From a virus (lineage: Duplodnaviria > Heunggongvirae > Uroviricota > Caudoviricetes): a DNA stretch of 32,125 nt. The stretch is from the IMG/VR virus record IMGVR_UViG_2703718850_000013; one strand, written 5' to 3'. The notes beneath the pieces were generated by a model, which was given only the letters and a program-made list of their open reading frames with translations, was not told where the DNA came from and searched no databases. Both the position numbers and the translations under genes were made by a program. Positions 20,048-29,487 of this stretch are shown piece by piece (the first letter of the stretch is position 1; each line of letters starts with the position of its first letter).

Positions 20048-20524
20048 ATGGCTTTTAATCGAATTTTCGCAGCGAATAACGTTGTAGTAGAAATTGCAGA
20101 AGCACCAGCAGGTGGTGGTCAGGCAACCACTTTTACAGTAATTGAAGAAGTTGCAGCTTTCCCGGCAGCAGCAGGTGCTGAGTCTACAATTATCTCAGTA
20201 AATACATTTGGTAAGCAGTACGCACAGAAGCTTTTAGGATCTCGTTCTGTGCCAGATCTAACCCTATCGGTGAACTGGAAACCAGGGGCAGTAGGTCAAG
20301 AGATGTTAGTTACCGCAGCTCAAAAACAGACGCTTATGCAGGTAAAAGTAACTTATTACGAAAACATCGCTGATACCGATGGAGTGGGTTATTACTCGAT
20401 AGTTAATGGCTATATTAGTTCTGATGTTGTCGGTGGCGATTTTGACGCTGTAGCAACACGTGAATTTGTTATGACAATCACGGGCGAACCTGTAGCAGTT
20501 GGTGAAATTGCAGCAAAACCATAA
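20048..20524 (+). CDS. major tail (tube) protein, lambda V-like position
   Basis: 158 aa, immediately upstream of the chaperone/frameshift pair and the tape measure gene; shares its fold-level motifs with the N-terminus of 15456..17138. Confidence 0.65.
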   Translation: MAFNRIFAANNVVVEIAEAPAGGGQATTFTVIEEVAAFPAAAGAESTIISVNTFGKQYAQKLLGSRSVPDLTLSVNWKPGAVGQEMLVTAAQKQTLMQVKVTYYENIADTDGVGYYSIVNGYISSDVVGGDFDAVATREFVMTITGEPVAVGEIAAKP

Positions 20525-20556
20525 TATAAAATAATCATAATAAGGAAAAAATACAC

Positions 20557-20847
20557 ATGGATCTATCTAATCTAATGACAGCAATTGGTGTCAAAAAACA
20601 TGCCTTTGAACTTGCTCCGGGGTTTACTGTTTATATTCGTCTTCCAGCTATTTCTAAGTATAGTGAATGTAGTGACCCGTACACTACAATCCATTACTGT
20701 GTAGTTGATGCCAATGGTAAACAACTTTTTAAATCACCAGAACAGGTAGAGAGCGAAATTGACATGGTTTATCAAATCAAACTTAATACCGAAATCACGC
20801 GTATTTTTACCGAAGCTATGAATATTGAAGAAATTGAAAAAAAGTAA
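20557..20847 (+). CDS. tail assembly chaperone (G-like)
   Basis: 96-aa ORF between the major tail and tape measure genes, ending in a slippery heptamer. Confidence 0.6.
   Translation: MDLSNLMTAIGVKKHAFELAPGFTVYIRLPAISKYSECSDPYTTIHYCVVDANGKQLFKSPEQVESEIDMVYQIKLNTEITRIFTEAMNIEEIEKK
20838..20844 (+). promoter_or_regulatory. -1 programmed ribosomal frameshift site A_AAA_AAG
   Basis: The heptamer sits in the X_XXY_YYZ register of the 20557 frame (codons GAA AAA AAG TAA); the -1 frame is open from 20838 through to the stop at 21170. Confidence 0.6.
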
Positions 20848-20879
20848 GGGGCGATCCGTTTCTTAAACTTTCTCTAAAA

Positions 20880-21170
20880 ATGCTGATGACAAAAGGGTGT
20901 GGTGTGGAAGATCTCTGCACCATGCCCTTTTCGCTTTTTATCTATCTATTTGTATATGACACTTTTGTAGAACCAAATTCTTCCAGAATTGAACAGGTAA
21001 GACATACCGAAATACTCCAGGCTATATGGCTCAGTACTGGGAATATTAAGAAGGAAGACTTAAAGAAATTCAGTATCACAGAATTGGATTCTCTTAATAT
21101 CATCAACAATAAGACCATTAAAGAACAAGCCGAAGAGAGAGAAACGGATCGCCGAAGAACAGAGAGCTAA
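20880..21170 (+). CDS. T-like extension, probably expressed as a G-T fusion by -1 frameshifting rather than from its own ATG
   Basis: In the -1 frame relative to 20557..20847, with that frame open upstream across the slippery site. Confidence 0.5.
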   Translation: MLMTKGCGVEDLCTMPFSLFIYLFVYDTFVEPNSSRIEQVRHTEILQAIWLSTGNIKKEDLKKFSITELDSLNIINNKTIKEQAEERETDRRRTES

Positions 21171-21199
21171 CATGTTAAACTGGATGGGAAGAAAATAAT

Positions 21200-23461
21200 A
21201 TGGCAGGGAATAAACAACAGATGATTTTTGAAATCACTGGTGATGAATCTGGGTTACAAAAATCTTTAAAAAGTGCTGGCAATGGACTTGCCGACTTTGG
21301 TGATCGTGCTGGTGGTGTATTTGGTGGTATTAGTGGTGGACTAAGCACAATGGCAACTGGTCTTGGTGGTGTTGGTAATGCGGCAACCTTGGCAATTACA
21401 GCTATTACAGCACTGACTACATATACAATTGGTCTTGCAAACGAGATCAACGCATTGACCCGTACAACCGGACTGAGTGCCGAGCAACTTCAGCAGTGGT
21501 CAGGAGCATTCAAAACCATAGGATTATCTATGGAAGAAGTTGGTTCGATTAACGAAGCAGTGATGGACCAGCTTGGTATTGCGTCTGCTGACGGTTCTGG
21601 TGTTGGTGCCGACTTAAAAACATTCGGCGTAGATGTAAATAGCCTAATACCGACATTAAAACAGGCAGATGGTGGTTTACAGGCATTGTCAAAAGTCTTT
21701 TTTGATATGAAAAAGAATGGTGCAAATCTTGCCGAAATAACAAATATGATCAACGCCCTCGGTGGTGATGCTGCAAAACTAATACCGACATTCAACTCTT
21801 TTAACAGTGAGATTGAATTTAATAACTCTCTTGCAGCCCAGAACGTAGCAATGACTAATGAACAGGCAAAAACATTTGATCTGTTAAGTCAGAATACTTC
21901 AGGTCTTGGTAGTGGACTGAAAACTCTTGCATTTGAAATTGTTACACCCCTCATTGATATTTTTAATGGACTCGTAAAAGCCTGTAAGGAAATATATCAA
22001 TGGTTTGACAACCTCAAAACAAAAGCAGTTGAGTTTATTAATTCATTCTTTAACTGGGATTCAAATAATACGATCATACAGTCGTTATACGATCAGGTAA
22101 TTAAATTCTATGACATGATCCGTAATGTAGGCTCAAAGATTGGCCTTGAATTACCCGAGTTTACACCAGAGCAAATAGCAAAAGGACGTAAACACGTACA
22201 GACAGCAGCCGATGCAGTTTTCTCACCACTAGGCCCAGGTATTGGTGGTCTTGCTGCCCTTGCCCGTGGATATTCTCAGGAAGACTATAAACCAACCACA
22301 AAGGCATATACAGGAACGACAAAAGAGCGTTCTAACTTTGATGATGGTAAAGCAGGGGAAGAAGCGAAAAAAGCCAGTGATAAGGCCGCAAAGGATCGTA
22401 TTCAGGCTGCCAAAGTACTGGAACAGACTATGAATGGTATTGCAGGTAATGGTGCTGCCCTCCAGCTACAGCAATTTAATAAGACCCAGGATGAAATAGA
22501 ACAACGCATTAAAACAAGTGCAACTACTCTCGGTAAAACTGAAGCTGAAAAGACTGAACTATTAAGAAAGCAGACTGATTCACGTAAACGCCTGTATAAA
22601 GAAATGGTTGATTCAATGCTCACCGAAAGTGACCCACTTAAACTTGCCCAGAATATTTCAGCAATTGGTGGTTCTATGTCAGGGAAAGACCTTAATTCAG
22701 TACTGGCAGGTCAAAACGAACGTATGGGACTTAATCAAGATCCATTCAATATGAGTGCCGATCAGAACACGCTCGATACATTAGCAACAGAAGGACAGGC
22801 CGAATTAGCACTGAATCAAAGTCTGTATGAACAGAAGTTATTAAGTTATCAGGATTACCAAGATCGCATGGTAGCAATTCAACAATCTACTACAGACAAA
22901 ATGAGTCAGGCTAATATTGATGCCCAGCAAAAGACACTTTCTATGTATGCAACGGGTGCTCAGGATCTCGGTACTACTCTTGCAGGTGTATTTGGTGAAA
23001 GTAATGCTATGGCAAAAGCTGCATTTGCAATGAGCAAAGGGATCGCAGTTGCCCAGTCTATTATCAATATTCAGCAGGGTATTTCAGAGGCTATGAAACT
23101 TGGATGGCCTATGGGGATTCCAGCAGGGCTTAAAGTAGCTGCCGAAGGTGCCAATATTGTCAGTACGATTAAGGGTACAAAGATTGAAGGGCAGGCACAT
23201 GATGGCTGGGACTCACTACCGAAGACTGGTACATATAATCTTGAAAAAGGTGAACGTGTTGTAGGTAAATCTCTGAACCAGGACTTGACACAGTACTTGA
23301 ATAATAAGGGTGGTGATAAAGGCGGTGATATTAAAATTGATGCCCCTTTAATTATTCAGGGTGCCGGAGAACTCACAGATTCAAAATTCCAGAGTATGTG
23401 TGATAAACACGCCGATACTATCACTCAGGCAGTACGTAAAAGCCAACAGAGGAACGTCTAA
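21200..23461 (+). CDS. tail tape measure protein
   Basis: 753 aa, Gly/Ala-rich hydrophobic segments near the N-terminus, long helical body, directly after the chaperone pair. Confidence 0.8.
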   Translation: MAGNKQQMIFEITGDESGLQKSLKSAGNGLADFGDRAGGVFGGISGGLSTMATGLGGVGNAATLAITAITALTTYTIGLANEINALTRTTGLSAEQLQQWSGAFKTIGLSMEEVGSINEAVMDQLGIASADGSGVGADLKTFGVDVNSLIPTLKQADGGLQALSKVFFDMKKNGANLAEITNMINALGGDAAKLIPTFNSFNSEIEFNNSLAAQNVAMTNEQAKTFDLLSQNTSGLGSGLKTLAFEIVTPLIDIFNGLVKACKEIYQWFDNLKTKAVEFINSFFNWDSNNTIIQSLYDQVIKFYDMIRNVGSKIGLELPEFTPEQIAKGRKHVQTAADAVFSPLGPGIGGLAALARGYSQEDYKPTTKAYTGTTKERSNFDDGKAGEEAKKASDKAAKDRIQAAKVLEQTMNGIAGNGAALQLQQFNKTQDEIEQRIKTSATTLGKTEAEKTELLRKQTDSRKRLYKEMVDSMLTESDPLKLAQNISAIGGSMSGKDLNSVLAGQNERMGLNQDPFNMSADQNTLDTLATEGQAELALNQSLYEQKLLSYQDYQDRMVAIQQSTTDKMSQANIDAQQKTLSMYATGAQDLGTTLAGVFGESNAMAKAAFAMSKGIAVAQSIINIQQGISEAMKLGWPMGIPAGLKVAAEGANIVSTIKGTKIEGQAHDGWDSLPKTGTYNLEKGERVVGKSLNQDLTQYLNNKGGDKGGDIKIDAPLIIQGAGELTDSKFQSMCDKHADTITQAVRKSQQRNV

Positions 23462-23474
23462 GTAAATACAGTAT

Positions 23475-23497
23475 GCCCACATTCATGTGGGCTTTAT
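23475..23497 (+). terminator. hairpin GCCCACA-TTCA-TGTGGGC followed by TTTAT, after the tape measure stop
   Basis: 7-bp GC-rich stem, 4-nt loop, T-rich tail; probably a partial terminator inside the tail operon. Confidence 0.4.
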
Positions 23498-23508
23498 AAG
23501 GAAAATAT

Positions 23509-24063
23509 ATGTTTAATAACTCTCTAATAAGTGATTTTATACTTTCTGATAATATCCCCCAATACCAAAACAAAACATGGTCTGGTGAGGTAATTACCCG
23601 TATTGTCGGAACACAGTACTTCAGCATAAGTTTTAAGGTTACAACAAATAAAAAATACAGAACCGATTTAACAAACTTTCTTGCACTCTATTCTAGTGGC
23701 AGACCTTTTGATATGTCTCTTGGTTGGTGGGGCGATTATTCAGGCAATCAGGCGACGGGTATACAGGTAACAGCAGCCCGTACTGCCGGAGCTACATCTA
23801 TTCAGACCAATACTAATAACCTTTCCCCTGGTGATTTAATTCAATTCTCAGGACACAAAAAACTCTATCGTGTTATTGCCCGTAGTGGAACGACTCTGAA
23901 TATCTACCCTGGACTGATCCGAAATCTCCAGATAGGGGAAACTGTAAAATACGATAATCTAATGGGTTCTTTTATTCTTACACCTGCTAACTCTACATAT
24001 GATCTACCAAGTACAAATATTATTGAGATGACAATTACGGCAACTGAGAATATAAGGGGGTAA
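23509..24063 (+). CDS. minor tail protein (lambda M-like position)
   Basis: AAGGAAA SD; gene order after the tape measure gene. Confidence 0.45.
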   Translation: MFNNSLISDFILSDNIPQYQNKTWSGEVITRIVGTQYFSISFKVTTNKKYRTDLTNFLALYSSGRPFDMSLGWWGDYSGNQATGIQVTAARTAGATSIQTNTNNLSPGDLIQFSGHKKLYRVIARSGTTLNIYPGLIRNLQIGETVKYDNLMGSFILTPANSTYDLPSTNIIEMTITATENIRG

Positions 24064-24064
24064 T

Positions 24065-24709
24065 ATGGCAATTCCAAACGATGTACTAAGTAACCCAGAA
24101 TTAGTAAAGTACTGGAATCTAATGAGAGGTGATAATAAGTCAGTTCTTACAGAAAGGGAATTATACCAGTGTGGAATCATGGTAAAACTGATTGATCTGT
24201 TACCTCCTACAGGAAGTAATTTATATCTTACTGATGCAGTAGTAGAACAGAATATTAATGGCATTGTATATAAACCAATTCCAGATCTAATTGATTCATC
24301 CTTTGCGAACTATGTAGAAAAGAATCAGATTAATAATACCGGTACTACGTTTAAGATTAGTAACGTAAGCCAGGATTATCTTTCCCTTGCTTTAAGAGGA
24401 TTGTGGAAAGATGCCAAAGTTAATATCTGGATGGGGATCGTTAACCCTGCAACAGGTGCACTTCTTTACCGTTATCGTATTTTTAGTGGGTATATAGATT
24501 ATTTTAGCAGTGATTTTTCTGTAGATGGAACTAACACACAGAATGAAACCACTGTTAATCTTAATTCTATATGGAAGAAATTAGACCAGACACAACGTCT
24601 ACTATCAAGTACATCAATTCACCAATCAACCCACAAGGGTGATAAGTTCTTTGACCTAATCGGAATACTAAATAGTTCAGAACAGTTTTGGCAAGCGAGT
24701 AAAAAATAA
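24065..24709 (+). CDS. minor tail protein (lambda L-like position)
   Basis: Gene order; TAATG coupling to the next gene. Confidence 0.45.
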   Translation: MAIPNDVLSNPELVKYWNLMRGDNKSVLTERELYQCGIMVKLIDLLPPTGSNLYLTDAVVEQNINGIVYKPIPDLIDSSFANYVEKNQINNTGTTFKISNVSQDYLSLALRGLWKDAKVNIWMGIVNPATGALLYRYRIFSGYIDYFSSDFSVDGTNTQNETTVNLNSIWKKLDQTQRLLSSTSIHQSTHKGDKFFDLIGILNSSEQFWQASKK

Positions 24710-25098
24710 TGAATGGATTTATTACAGAATATCTTAGTACTCTAATCGGTCAGCCAATTGTATACGGTGAAAATGATTGTCATATCATGTCGCTGACTGT
24801 TATTGATATGCTTCTTGGTACAAATTACAGGGACGAAATCTATCAGAGATATACGTCACCTACTGGCGGTCGAAAGTACGCAAAAGAACATTGTTCATAT
24901 AAATCACTAAATGCCCTATGTAATGATCTGGGTACAAAACAAGTAGAACCATTTGATGGGGATATCCTAATTACTGGCTCCCAATCTACTGTGTACTGGA
25001 GAGGCAAAGTAATCATTTCAATCGATGGTGTTTATGCAGTAATGAAATATGAACCAATAGAAAACAATTATAAAATTTATAGATTCGGAGGGAAATAA
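24709..25098 (+). CDS. minor tail protein (lambda K/I-like position)
   Basis: Gene order; a possible Cys/His pair (ENDCH) is not enough to call a peptidase. Confidence 0.4.
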   Translation: MNGFITEYLSTLIGQPIVYGENDCHIMSLTVIDMLLGTNYRDEIYQRYTSPTGGRKYAKEHCSYKSLNALCNDLGTKQVEPFDGDILITGSQSTVYWRGKVIISIDGVYAVMKYEPIENNYKIYRFGGK

Positions 25099-25099
25099 C

Positions 25100-28000
25100 A
25101 TGGCAGTAGCAGCCGTATTAACAGCAGTAATAGCAGGTGCATCAGCCGCCGCCGCTGCCTATGCAGCCGTAGGTCTTGCTGCATCTATCGCTATTGGTGT
25201 TGGTGTAGCAGCACTATCTTACGTTGCATCCTCCCAGATGATGCGTGTTGGAGATCAGGGGGTAAACTATCCCAGTACTGGGACGGTTAACTCTCGAAGT
25301 ACTTCACCCAGTACTGGGATACCGATTGTATATGGCGGTACTAATAGAAGCCTGACCGAAGAATCATTTGTTAAGGTAGGTTCCATCGTCGTATGGCAGA
25401 ACGTCTATAAGGGACAAAGTAACCAGCTATGTACAGTACATGCTATTAGTATCGGGGAGATCGGACGTGCTCCAGGTGCACAATCTGGTGCCGTAATTAA
25501 ACAGGTATACTTTGATAACAGTCCAATCTTGCTGGATGATGCCGAAATAACCAGTGAGGGTATTGTTTCTACATCCCTTATGCGTGAGAAGTATCGTAAC
25601 TTCCTCCAACTCGAAATTCGTTTTGGAAAGCCGTCTTATGGTGGTTCTATGACACTTGCCCGGCAATATGGCGGGTCTCGCTGGACTGATGAAATGCGTG
25701 GTGATGGATTAGTACAGGTTTGTTCGGTTATCCGTAAGACTAATGGTAGTCTGACCGATGGTATTTTAGTGAATCAAAACTATGCACTTTCATTGGAGAT
25801 GAAAGGACGTCTAATTTATGACCTTACTGATAACATTCGTAAACCCTCCAGTAATCCACCAAGCCAGTTATATGACTTTATCACAAATAATGAATTTGGT
25901 TTCAACACTGATCCTAATGATATTGATATTGCATCATTTCGTAATTGTGCAATGTACTGTAAGAATAATGAACTATATTCAAATGGTGCTATTGCCTATG
26001 ATAAGTCATATAAAGAAAACCTTGAAAGCATCTTGTCTACATTCGGTGGTGTAATATATGAATCGAATGGCATTATGTATCTCACCGTAGATACTGCTGA
26101 TGTTCCACTATATCATTTTGATGAAAAAAACATTCTCGGTACTGTGAATATCACAACTGGTTCTAATACGGATTATGCGAATACATTCGATGTGACCTAT
26201 ACAAACCCAGGCGGGGATTATTCAGAAGATATTATTCGTTATCCAAGTGATACGCTTACAAATGAAACAGTGGTACGGGATGGTTTAATCATTAAAAAAG
26301 ACCTTAATCTAAAATGGATTCAGGACAAAAAACAACTGGCTAAAATGGCTAATACCGAGCTATTAAAATCTAAGTATGTTCTTAATAGTATAACTTTTAA
26401 CACATACGTTACCGATCTCACAGTCTACGATGTTTTTACACTCAGTTTCAAAGAAGCCGGATTTGTTAATAATAAGTTCCGTGTAATACAACGTACTGTA
26501 CCGATGACCGTAGATAAGACTGGTGTCGTACAGATTACCGCTATAGCCTATGCGGACGGCATATATCAGGGGAAAGACCCTGGACGATTCCCACTGGACG
26601 GGATCACAAATCTACCAAACGCGACATACGTAGAACCTCCATCAAACTTGCAGGTACAGAAACTCGGTGCAACCGTTAACGGCAATGCCGTGCTTATGAC
26701 ATGGGATTTAAGCCAGGATTCAAGCGTACGGGGTTATAAGATTAGATATAAACGCAGTGATTCGAATACATGGATCTCGATTGGTAACGTAGGACAGTAC
26801 ACCACAGAGTTTCAGATACTGAATCTAATCCACGGTGTTAAATATGATTTTGGTATTGAGGCGTATAACACTCTCGGTTATTCATCTGAGTTAGTTGCAA
26901 TTTATAATCAAACGCCACAGGTGATTTTTGCCCTACCAAAGATTACTAATCTTGATATGACTAACGATAATATGGGCTTGAACCAGACTTATTCACAAGA
27001 TTTTATATTCAGATGGGATGATCAAAGTACTTTGCCAGTAAATGGAAAACGATTCTCTGATTTTTTCAAATATTATGAAATTCGTGTGTATGACCGTTAT
27101 CGTACATATATTAAGTCGTACTTTACAACGGACTTTAACTGGACATATACCTTTGCAATGAATCAATCTGATGGACTTAACAGATATCGTGTAATTGGTA
27201 TTATTGCCCACGGTCACGGTACTGGAATTTATTCAGAAGAGGTACAGATTGAAGTAAGTAACCCACAGCACCCCCAATTACTTGGTGTACGTTTGCGTAA
27301 TGGCTATGATAATGTGTTCTTAGAATGGGATGAATCAAACGTACCAGACTATTCTGGTGTAGTGTTCCAGTGTGCTAAGGATGAGGGTTTTAGTTCAGAT
27401 GTTCACTATTTCAGTTCTTCTAACCGCTTCTCTGCTTCATTTGGGATAGAGGATGGATCGTGGTTCGGACGTCTTGCAGCATATGATGTAATGGGACAGG
27501 ATGAATTAGTATGGTCGCCAACTATTGGTTTTAATCAGAATACTAAAGTTCCGTACTCAAAGCTAAATGATGATGTTGTAGATGAATTACTGAATTCAGA
27601 TGTTGCCACAGGCATTATTGAGAAACATATTGTTGATGACCTTGGATCACACTGGCAGGTTCAGGTGACGAATAACGGCAACGTATCAGGTGTATCACTT
27701 GCTAATGACGGGAAAAACTCAGCATTTACAGTAATGGCAGACCGTTTCAGTATAATCAGTACCGACAGTGCTAAACAGACTGATAAGGTATATCCGTTTG
27801 TAGTTCAGAATGGTAAGACTTATATCAATAGTGCGGTCATTGGAGACGCGAGCATAAACACAGGGCAGATAAATGACCTTGCTGTGACGCGGGCAAAAAT
27901 TCAGATAGCAGCAATCGACTCAGCCCGCATAGCCCAGGCCTCAATCCTTAATGGTCATATAGTTAATGGGGTTATCGACTCAGCAAAAATATCCCAGCAA

Positions 28001-28657
28001 ATTCAATCTACAAACTGGAATGGTAGTACAGGCTGGATGATCAATAAGAATGGTAAGGCAAGCTTCCAGGACGTATCAGTACGGGGTAATATTCAGGCAA
28101 CCAGTGGAACCATGAATAATGTTACTATTAACCAGGACTGTACAATTCTCGGTACCCTTAATGCATCACGTATTGTTGGTGATCAGTGCAGACCTCAAAG
28201 TACTGGTGTTAATCGACAGGGGAACGTTTGGGCACCACCGGGGGTAGAATTCCCAGAAAACTATAAGCCAGAACCAGGTAGATTATATGTAGGATTGCGT
28301 ATTAAGGGGGAGGACTTTGCAAGGACTCTGAATAGTAATATGAGTTTTTATTTTACATGCTGGAAATGGAACTATTTTCAGGTGTTTGTTGGTGGGGATG
28401 GAATAGCAAACCGTCTATTATGGGGTTATGATGCAGGTTCCGGTGGTGAAGATACGCCAGTTTCATATAAAATTGATAATATTCAAATTCCTGCTGTAGG
28501 TAGGGGTAAGATGAATTATCTATATGTAATGGCTTCAGATGGTCGTAGTGGTTCATGTGGACTGGATATAGGCGAACATCAGGGGAACAATAATCTACCA
28601 GGTGACAGACTTGATCTCTTCTTATTCCGTAGTGGTGAGAATCCTGTTAGTAACTAA
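25100..28657 (+). CDS. central tail fibre / host-specificity protein, lambda J-like, with fibronectin-III-like domain
   Basis: 1185 aa; SGTMNNVTINQDCTILGTLNASRIVGD matches lambda J SGTLSNVTIAENCTINGTLRAEKIVGD; FN3-like segment around LMTWDLSQDSSVRGYKIRYK; GGAGGG SD. Confidence 0.75.
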   Translation: MAVAAVLTAVIAGASAAAAAYAAVGLAASIAIGVGVAALSYVASSQMMRVGDQGVNYPSTGTVNSRSTSPSTGIPIVYGGTNRSLTEESFVKVGSIVVWQNVYKGQSNQLCTVHAISIGEIGRAPGAQSGAVIKQVYFDNSPILLDDAEITSEGIVSTSLMREKYRNFLQLEIRFGKPSYGGSMTLARQYGGSRWTDEMRGDGLVQVCSVIRKTNGSLTDGILVNQNYALSLEMKGRLIYDLTDNIRKPSSNPPSQLYDFITNNEFGFNTDPNDIDIASFRNCAMYCKNNELYSNGAIAYDKSYKENLESILSTFGGVIYESNGIMYLTVDTADVPLYHFDEKNILGTVNITTGSNTDYANTFDVTYTNPGGDYSEDIIRYPSDTLTNETVVRDGLIIKKDLNLKWIQDKKQLAKMANTELLKSKYVLNSITFNTYVTDLTVYDVFTLSFKEAGFVNNKFRVIQRTVPMTVDKTGVVQITAIAYADGIYQGKDPGRFPLDGITNLPNATYVEPPSNLQVQKLGATVNGNAVLMTWDLSQDSSVRGYKIRYKRSDSNTWISIGNVGQYTTEFQILNLIHGVKYDFGIEAYNTLGYSSELVAIYNQTPQVIFALPKITNLDMTNDNMGLNQTYSQDFIFRWDDQSTLPVNGKRFSDFFKYYEIRVYDRYRTYIKSYFTTDFNWTYTFAMNQSDGLNRYRVIGIIAHGHGTGIYSEEVQIEVSNPQHPQLLGVRLRNGYDNVFLEWDESNVPDYSGVVFQCAKDEGFSSDVHYFSSSNRFSASFGIEDGSWFGRLAAYDVMGQDELVWSPTIGFNQNTKVPYSKLNDDVVDELLNSDVATGIIEKHIVDDLGSHWQVQVTNNGNVSGVSLANDGKNSAFTVMADRFSIISTDSAKQTDKVYPFVVQNGKTYINSAVIGDASINTGQINDLAVTRAKIQIAAIDSARIAQASILNGHIVNGVIDSAKISQQIQSTNWNGSTGWMINKNGKASFQDVSVRGNIQATSGTMNNVTINQDCTILGTLNASRIVGDQCRPQSTGVNRQGNVWAPPGVEFPENYKPEPGRLYVGLRIKGEDFARTLNSNMSFYFTCWKWNYFQVFVGGDGIANRLLWGYDAGSGGEDTPVSYKIDNIQIPAVGRGKMNYLYVMASDGRSGSCGLDIGEHQGNNNLPGDRLDLFLFRSGENPVSN

Positions 28658-28716
28658 AACTAAATAATTATGGGTAGCCTAAAAACCACCTATAATAATA
28701 AAAGGAACTAAAGGGA

Positions 28717-28983
28717 ATGGTAGAATTAGTAATTGCAGGGATTGCAGTTTTTCTAACTTTTGTAGCATTAATCTGGACTATCATTCGTGATAATAAGACC
28801 GATGATGCAGAAATAGAAGCACGTCTTGCCTCTGTAGAAACACGACTTGCACTTGTAGAACAATCTGTTACTACATTACGAAGTGAGCATGAAGCTATGA
28901 AGATTACTCTTAAGTCAGTTGATGAATCAATCAGACGACTTGAAGTAGATATTGCACGTATTCTTGTGATACTTGAAAAATAA
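28717..28983 (+). CDS. small membrane protein with coiled coil (88 aa); lysis-associated candidate
   Basis: N-terminal TM helix (LVIAGIAVFLTFVALIWTII) followed by a heptad-like helical region. Confidence 0.4.
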   Translation: MVELVIAGIAVFLTFVALIWTIIRDNKTDDAEIEARLASVETRLALVEQSVTTLRSEHEAMKITLKSVDESIRRLEVDIARILVILEK

Positions 28984-28985
28984 AA

Positions 28986-29010
28986 GGGGCATTAATGCCC
29001 CTTTTTATTT
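28986..29010. terminator. bidirectional intrinsic terminator GGGGCATTAATGCCCC + T-tract
   Basis: Perfect 16-bp palindrome flanked by an A-run upstream and a T-run downstream, between convergent genes; it overlaps the endolysin stop codon. Confidence 0.7.
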
Positions 29011-29451
29011 GTTAATTAAATCTTTAATCATCTGGTTAAGTCTATTCGGTGTCTGACGATACCATAAACTATCCTTTGCCTGTTTAATTGCTTCTGTGTA
29101 ATTATTGTTTAGTAATGCAATGATCATCTTTTTAAACTTCTTAGTACCACTTAAGCCTAACTGAAAAATCATGATAACCATGAAGTCTTCCCAGTCCTGT
29201 GGTAATTTCAAATTTAAGGTAGATAAATTACGTTTGGCAATGCCAATATCTTTATCCAGTAGTTTATCTGCTTCATCCTCGTTAATGCCGTTAGGGAACG
29301 TCTCAGAGGCTTTTAGAAGATGTCCATATCCAATCGTATCTTTGTTCTCACTACATTTATACACCCAGAATTTACCATTGCGATAATAACCCATATGGGC
29401 CTGGTATTCTTTCGTACCTTCATATATTTTTAATTTTTCTATTAAACACAT
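29005..29451 (-). CDS. endolysin, GH24 T4-lysozyme-like (start corrected)
   Basis: DTIGYGHLL and SLWYRQTPNRLNQMI align with T4 lysozyme TIGIGHLL and SRWYNQTPNRAKRVI; the ATG at 29449-29451 has a GAGG SD, whereas the track start at 29505 adds 18 residues with no counterpart. Confidence 0.85.
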   Translation of the reverse strand: MCLIEKLKIYEGTKEYQAHMGYYRNGKFWVYKCSENKDTIGYGHLLKASETFPNGINEDEADKLLDKDIGIAKRNLSTLNLKLPQDWEDFMVIMIFQLGLSGTKKFKKMIIALLNNNYTEAIKQAKDSLWYRQTPNRLNQMIKDLINK

Positions 29452-29487
29452 AAATACCTCATAAACTATTATTTGTGGGGTATTTAT

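Noticed and set aside
21175-22623. Several minus-strand ORFs overlapping the tape measure gene (21175..21450, 21490..21795, 21549..21743, 22402..22623) and plus-strand 22242..22433
   Set aside because: They lie entirely within a well-supported long gene and are low-complexity shadow ORFs.
25427-28556. Small ORFs within the J-like gene (25427..25666, 25818..26054, 26993..27217, 28353..28556)
   Set aside because: They are internal to a long gene with recognisable J-like motifs.
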